Source: Gemmatimonadaceae bacterium (GTDB lineage: Bacteria; Gemmatimonadota; Gemmatimonadetes; Gemmatimonadales; Gemmatimonadaceae). Taken from it: 12,317 bases of DNA. Below, piece after piece: positions 8,690 through 12,317 of this stretch. Both the position numbers and the translations under genes were made by a program. The stretch lies in the NCBI GenBank assembly GCA_040902005.1, contig JBBDYA010000107.1, positions 1 through 12,317 of the forward strand, in the 5' to 3' direction. How positions within the stretch are numbered: the first letter of the stretch is position 1; each line of letters starts with the position of its first letter. The notes below the pieces were generated by a model that was not told the DNA's origin, ran no database searches, and was given only the letters and a program-made list of their open reading frames with translations.

Positions 8690-9049
8690 CTATCGCGGCG
8701 GCTTTGCGGTATCGGGAATCGTTGGTACCCGGCGGCGCGGATCGCGCCTGTCGAACTTGATCACGCTGTCACGCCCCTGATCGGCGCGCTTGGCGGCGGT
8801 GGTGTCCGGCTTCACCGTGGCGGGGGTCCTGTTGGGTGTCGTGGTTGTGGGCGTGGCCACGCGCGGCGTCGCACCGGCCGGCAGCGTATCCACGAGGGCC
8901 TTCACTTCGCCCGGTGCCGGCAGCGTATCCACGAACGCTTTCACCTCGCCTGGCGCTGACAGTGCCTGCGCTGAATCCGCCTTCGGATTCGGCGAGCCGC
9001 ACGCGGCCGCGACGCCAAGGAGGACCAGGGAGGCGAGTGTGATTCTCAT
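8690..9049 (-). CDS. Small Pro/Thr-rich, likely disordered lipoprotein of unknown function, 119 aa
   Basis: The ATG at 9049 overlaps the upstream TGA (ATGA). Sequence starts MRITLASLVLLGVAAA-C-GS (lipobox). It has an internal 13-aa duplication. Confidence 0.8.
   Translation of the reverse strand: MRITLASLVLLGVAAACGSPNPKADSAQALSAPGEVKAFVDTLPAPGEVKALVDTLPAGATPRVATPTTTTPNRTPATVKPDTTAAKRADQGRDSVIKFDRRDPRRRVPTIPDTAKPPR
8877..8954. repeat. 39-bp in-frame tandem duplication (APGEVKA[F/L]VDTLP x2)
   Basis: Units 8877-8915 and 8916-8954 are identical at 33/39 nt by manual alignment. Confidence 0.9.
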
Positions 9050-10281
9050 CGGATTACCCTCGTGGCCGTCACGCTTCCCCTGGTGTCGACCATTCTGAGT
9101 GTCGTGGGATGTTTGCGCTCCCACTGTGGCCTGGACGCCGCCGGGGTCGTGAATGCCAATACCGCGTTGTTGTTGGTCACGGTGTAGTTGTCGAACGGCG
9201 CGGTGTTCACCGTGTACCCCAGGTCGGCGAGCGCGCCGATGGTGATGCGGCTGAGCGGCATGGAGCCGAAGTCCACGCGGCTCGTCATGAGCTCCGTCAC
9301 GAACGTGGTCTCGCGCCAGTGAGAACCGGCCGAACCTACGCCGCCCACGTTCTCTACCGGAACGCTCGTGGCGCACGCGATCGATCCGCCGATGGCCTGG
9401 CACGCCTGCCGCCCCTGGGCGCCGATGTAGCGCGGGTCATTGGTTCCCTCGCCTGACAGCAGGTTGTTCAGCGGCACGTCCCCCGGTTCGTCGGGAACGC
9501 CATCGTCCCAGAGCGAGCCGATGCCGAGGACGTGGAGCATCTCGTGCGTGATCACGTCCTGAAGCGTGCCGTTCGCTTGCATGGAAGCGAGGTCCGCGGA
9601 ATCGAAGAACATGACGCCGACGACTGGAGAATGGGGCGAACTCTGCCGGATGAAGCATGGTCCTGCGGAGGCGAGGATGCCGTTAGGCCCGTCGATGTCG
9701 TCGATGCTGGCGTAGATGACCACGTCGTCCACTTGTTCGTTGATCACCTGCTCGCTGCACCCGGTCAGCGTCGTGTTCATCTGTACCGGCGGCAGATCGC
9801 CCGTGATGATGCCCTGCAGTCGAGCGGCGGCATTGGTGAACAGCGCCTGCTGCGCGCCCGTCATGGGCGGCCCGAAGAACTTGATCGTGATGTCGTAACT
9901 GCTGTTTACCGTGCCGTTGATCGTGGCCGTCAGGGCGCCGAGCGCGGCGCGCAGTGACTGTGGTACGTCGCTCTTGCCGAACGTCCATGTAGGGACGACC
10001 GTGACGCCGTTCGCGCCCGACACGGCGGTCGTGGACGCGAGGGACCCGCCCCCACCGGTCACGTTGAACGTCACCGTCTCGCCGGAGACGCCCACGCCGC
10101 TGGCGTCGCGCACGGTCACCTGAATCGGCGTGGTCACGGCCTGGGCAGCGAACGCGGTGACCGCCGCGCCAGCCAGAATCGAGGCTGGTGGTCCGGCGAT
10201 ACCGGTGACCTTGTCCTTCTTGCAGGCGCTCATGAGGAGGGCGGTGCCAAGGAGCACCAGGGCGCTACGGTGACGGGGCAT
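9046..10281 (-). CDS. Lipoprotein with Big_1-like Ig domain and leishmanolysin-like (peptidase M8) zinc metalloprotease domain, 411 aa
   Basis: Lipobox LMSA-C. Ig motif VTVRDASG..VTFNVTGGGGS. HEMLHVLG (HExxH), distal third ligand in GSAGSHW, Met-turn ELMT, and the ALADLGY motif. Confidence 0.9.
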   Translation of the reverse strand: MPRHRSALVLLGTALLMSACKKDKVTGIAGPPASILAGAAVTAFAAQAVTTPIQVTVRDASGVGVSGETVTFNVTGGGGSLASTTAVSGANGVTVVPTWTFGKSDVPQSLRAALGALTATINGTVNSSYDITIKFFGPPMTGAQQALFTNAAARLQGIITGDLPPVQMNTTLTGCSEQVINEQVDDVVIYASIDDIDGPNGILASAGPCFIRQSSPHSPVVGVMFFDSADLASMQANGTLQDVITHEMLHVLGIGSLWDDGVPDEPGDVPLNNLLSGEGTNDPRYIGAQGRQACQAIGGSIACATSVPVENVGGVGSAGSHWRETTFVTELMTSRVDFGSMPLSRITIGALADLGYTVNTAPFDNYTVTNNNAVLAFTTPAASRPQWERKHPTTLRMVDTRGSVTATRVIR

Positions 10282-10348
10282 CGGCGACTCGTCGGGGGGG
10301 TGGGAGACTGCTGCTTGAAGATACCCCCGGGACCACGAACTGTCCCCT

Positions 10349-11611
10349 TCAACTCGATGGTTCGACGGGCGCCACCCGGGCGACGACCACCGCGCTGGCC
10401 ATGTGCGCCGTGACGATCGCCGTGGTCTTCATGATGTCGGGCAAAACGTCGATGGCGATGAGGATGGCGAGGCCCTCCACCGGAATCCCCATGCCCGCGA
10501 ACACCGGCGCCATGAGAAAGATGGATCCGCTGGGCACCGGCGGCACGCTGAAAGTGAGCGGCACCGAGAGCGCCACCAGCCCGAGTATCTGTCCTGTGTC
10601 CAGTGGAACGTTGTAGAGTTTGCCCAGGAAGATGGCCCCAAGGACGAACGACACAGGCGTGGACACCCTGAAGATCGCGACCGCCGTGGGCAGCACGAAG
10701 CTGATGATCTGCGACGGCAGCTTGAGGATGTCGCGCGCGGCTTCGATCTGGGCGGGAAGGGCCGCCGACGACGAGCGCGACCCGATCGCGATTACCTGCG
10801 CCGGCGCGACCGCGGTGGCGAACAGGCGCAGCGGCACGCGCCCCAGCACCACGGCAGCGACGTAGAACATGAGCATCACGCCGAACATCAGCACCACGAA
10901 GACCACCACGTAGTAGCCCACCGCCGCCACCGCCGCGTACCCCAGCCGGGCGCCGACCACCACGGCGAGCGCGAACACGCCAATCGGCGCGGCGATGAAC
11001 ACCCAGCGCACCACGACCAGCATCGCCTCGCTGATGGCACGGAAGAACCGCACGGGCGTGTCGCGCAGCTCCGCGGGAACGCGGGAGAGTGCCGCCCCGA
11101 GGATCAGCGCGAACACCACCAGCTGAAGCATGTTGGCGTCGGCCGCGGCCTGCACCGGGTTGTGCGGAATCAGCTCGGCCACGCGCTGCGCGATGCCTCC
11201 CATGCTGCCCACGGCCTCGTTCACCTGCTGCGAGCGGGACGTGGCTGTGGCGCGCAGGGCCTCAGCGGATTCCGGATCGATCGTGAGCCCCGCGAGCATC
11301 GGTGGCGCGAGGAGCGCGGTGTACACTCCGATCAACACCATCATCCCGAGGAAGAAGCCGAACGCGGCCGCGCCCATCCGGCCCATCGAGCGCGGACTCT
11401 GGCTGGACGCCACGGCGGCGATCAGCATGGAGACCACGAGGGGCACGATGGTCATCCGGACCGCGTTGATCCACAGCGTGCCGATGGGCTCGAGAAACCT
11501 CACCAGCTGCTCCAGCCAGGGCACCCGGGCGCCGGCCAGGGCCGCCCCCGCCAGGAGCCCCGCCGCGAGCGCGCCGAGGGCAAACCAGGTAATGCGCCGC
11601 ATGTCGTTCAT
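10349..11611 (-). CDS. Dicarboxylate/amino acid:cation symporter (DAACS/SDF family), atypical motif variant
   Basis: Multi-TM protein with IGTLWINAVRMTIVPLV, IPHNPVQAAADANMLQLVVF, APIGVFAL and SRSSSAALP family motifs. The start is taken as ATG 11611 (MNDMRR) or 11602, not 11758. Confidence 0.9.
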   Translation of the reverse strand: MNDMRRITWFALGALAAGLLAGAALAGARVPWLEQLVRFLEPIGTLWINAVRMTIVPLVVSMLIAAVASSQSPRSMGRMGAAAFGFFLGMMVLIGVYTALLAPPMLAGLTIDPESAEALRATATSRSQQVNEAVGSMGGIAQRVAELIPHNPVQAAADANMLQLVVFALILGAALSRVPAELRDTPVRFFRAISEAMLVVVRWVFIAAPIGVFALAVVVGARLGYAAVAAVGYYVVVFVVLMFGVMLMFYVAAVVLGRVPLRLFATAVAPAQVIAIGSRSSSAALPAQIEAARDILKLPSQIISFVLPTAVAIFRVSTPVSFVLGAIFLGKLYNVPLDTGQILGLVALSVPLTFSVPPVPSGSIFLMAPVFAGMGIPVEGLAILIAIDVLPDIMKTTAIVTAHMASAVVVARVAPVEPSS

Positions 11612-11666
11612 GGGGGCCGAACTTAACAACGACGGCCCCGCAGCGTCATAGTGAGCACACAGGAGG
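11612..11666. promoter_or_regulatory. Compact divergent promoter region: extended -10 for the symporter, ECF-like promoter and SD for the Spy-like gene
   Basis: Minus strand: TG-T-TAAGTT (11628-11620), 8 nt before ATG 11611. Plus strand: TTAAC(11623-11627)-N16-CGTC(11644-11647), and AGGAGG at 11661-11666. Confidence 0.5.
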
Positions 11667-11673
11667 TTTTTCC

Positions 11674-12207
11674 ATGCGTTCCAGATACATCGCAGGTCTA
11701 TTGATCGTGGGAGCCAGCGGCATCCTCGGCGCGCAGCGCCCGGGCGCGCCCGCGGCACGCCAGGCAGGTCCCCCCGCCGCGCAGATTCTTCTTGCGCACA
11801 CCGGCGAGCTCCAGCTGACCGATGCCCAGGTTTTGCGCCTCGCGGCCATTGCCCGTCGCGCCGAGACGCGACACCAGTCCATGCGTGCGAGCATGGATTC
11901 CGCGCGCGGCCGCTTTCAGGGCAGGCCGGCCACCCCGGCCGACAGCACCGCCCGCCGTCAGTTTGCGGAGCGGATGCGTACGGACATGGAGCGGATGGGC
12001 GAGCAGGAGCGTACCGATCGGCGCGACGCGATCGCGGTGCTCACGCCGGATCAGCAGGCACGCGCGTGGGAGTTCGCGGCGAACCGCGGCAATCGCGGTG
12101 AGCAGATGCGCGGCGGTCGTAGACCCACGATGCAGCGTCCGATGCAGCGTCAGGGGCAGCGTCCGATGCAGCGTGGGGCACAGCGTCCGGTGCGGCCAGT
12201 AGGCTAG
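11674..12207 (+). CDS. Periplasmic Spy/CpxP-family (LTxxQ motif) chaperone-like protein, 177 aa
   Basis: Strong SD (AGGAGG), a signal peptide, and two LTxxQ motifs (LQLTDAQ, VLTPDQQ) flanking a helical R/M/E-rich core. Confidence 0.85.
   Translation: MRSRYIAGLLIVGASGILGAQRPGAPAARQAGPPAAQILLAHTGELQLTDAQVLRLAAIARRAETRHQSMRASMDSARGRFQGRPATPADSTARRQFAERMRTDMERMGEQERTDRRDAIAVLTPDQQARAWEFAANRGNRGEQMRGGRRPTMQRPMQRQGQRPMQRGAQRPVRPVG
12130..12189 (+). repeat. Five imperfect 12-bp tandem repeats (xQRx) in the Spy-like C-terminal tail
   Basis: atgcagcgtccg/atgcagcgtcag/gggcagcgtccg/atgcagcgtggg/gcacagcgtccg. Confidence 0.9.
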
Positions 12208-12305
12208 GTTCTCGGCCGCGCGAGCTTCGCGCGCCGGTAAGTGTACACACCCATCCGTCCCGGTGTGCAGTTGCTGGCTTACCGCGCCGAAGGCGCGCCG
12301 AGAAC
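12208..12305. repeat. Imperfect inverted-repeat doublet with internal palindromes (REP/REPIN-like or structured RNA)
   Basis: Left arm gttctcggccgcgcgagcttcgcgcgccggtaag versus reverse complement of the right arm gttctcggcgcgccttcggcgcggtaag. Confidence 0.75.
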
Positions 12306-12317
12306 GGACCCGGGGGG

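Noticed and set aside
9050..9403. N-terminal extension of ORF 8690..9403
   Set aside because: It overlaps the protease in another frame. The lipoprotein signal and ATGA overlap point to 9049 as the start.
10294..10300. G7 tract upstream of the protease gene as a phase-variation site
   Set aside because: Too short to be notable in high-GC DNA, and it lies downstream of the candidate -10 (TATCTT, 10323-10318), not in a promoter spacer.
11612..11758. N-terminal extension of the symporter ORF
   Set aside because: It would overlap the divergent Spy-like gene and promoter. Family-like sequence begins at 11611/11602.
1..12317. CRISPR array, DGR, transposase, tRNA or rRNA
   Set aside because: No repeat-spacer array, reverse transcriptase, adenine-specific repeat pair, transposase motif or RNA-gene signature was seen.

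Overview
GC-rich bacterial window. The lipoprotein signal style and Ig-repeat proteins suggest Gemmatimonadota (inference only). It is dominated by cell-envelope genes. From left to right: (1) a giant minus-strand Ig-repeat lipoprotein (>1463 aa, 4391 to beyond base 1), which is missing from the ORF track because it has no stop in the window and which casts the many + strand shadow ORFs; (2) a co-oriented 729-aa outer-membrane beta-barrel protein (DUF5686/Omp85-like); (3) a divergent DeaD/CsdA DEAD-box helicase; (4) a translationally coupled pair consisting of an Ig-domain + leishmanolysin-like (M8) metalloprotease lipoprotein and a small repeat-containing lipoprotein; (5) an atypical DAACS symporter lacking the canonical Na+-site residues; (6) a Spy/CpxP-like LTxxQ protein; (7) a nested inverted-repeat (REPIN-like) element at the right end. 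Best leads: a possible barrel plus surface-lipoprotein export module, strong enrichment of Bacteroidota-type D-[ST]-[AILVMT] O-glycosylation motifs in the exported proteins, the rewired symporter, and a G11 tract inside deaD.
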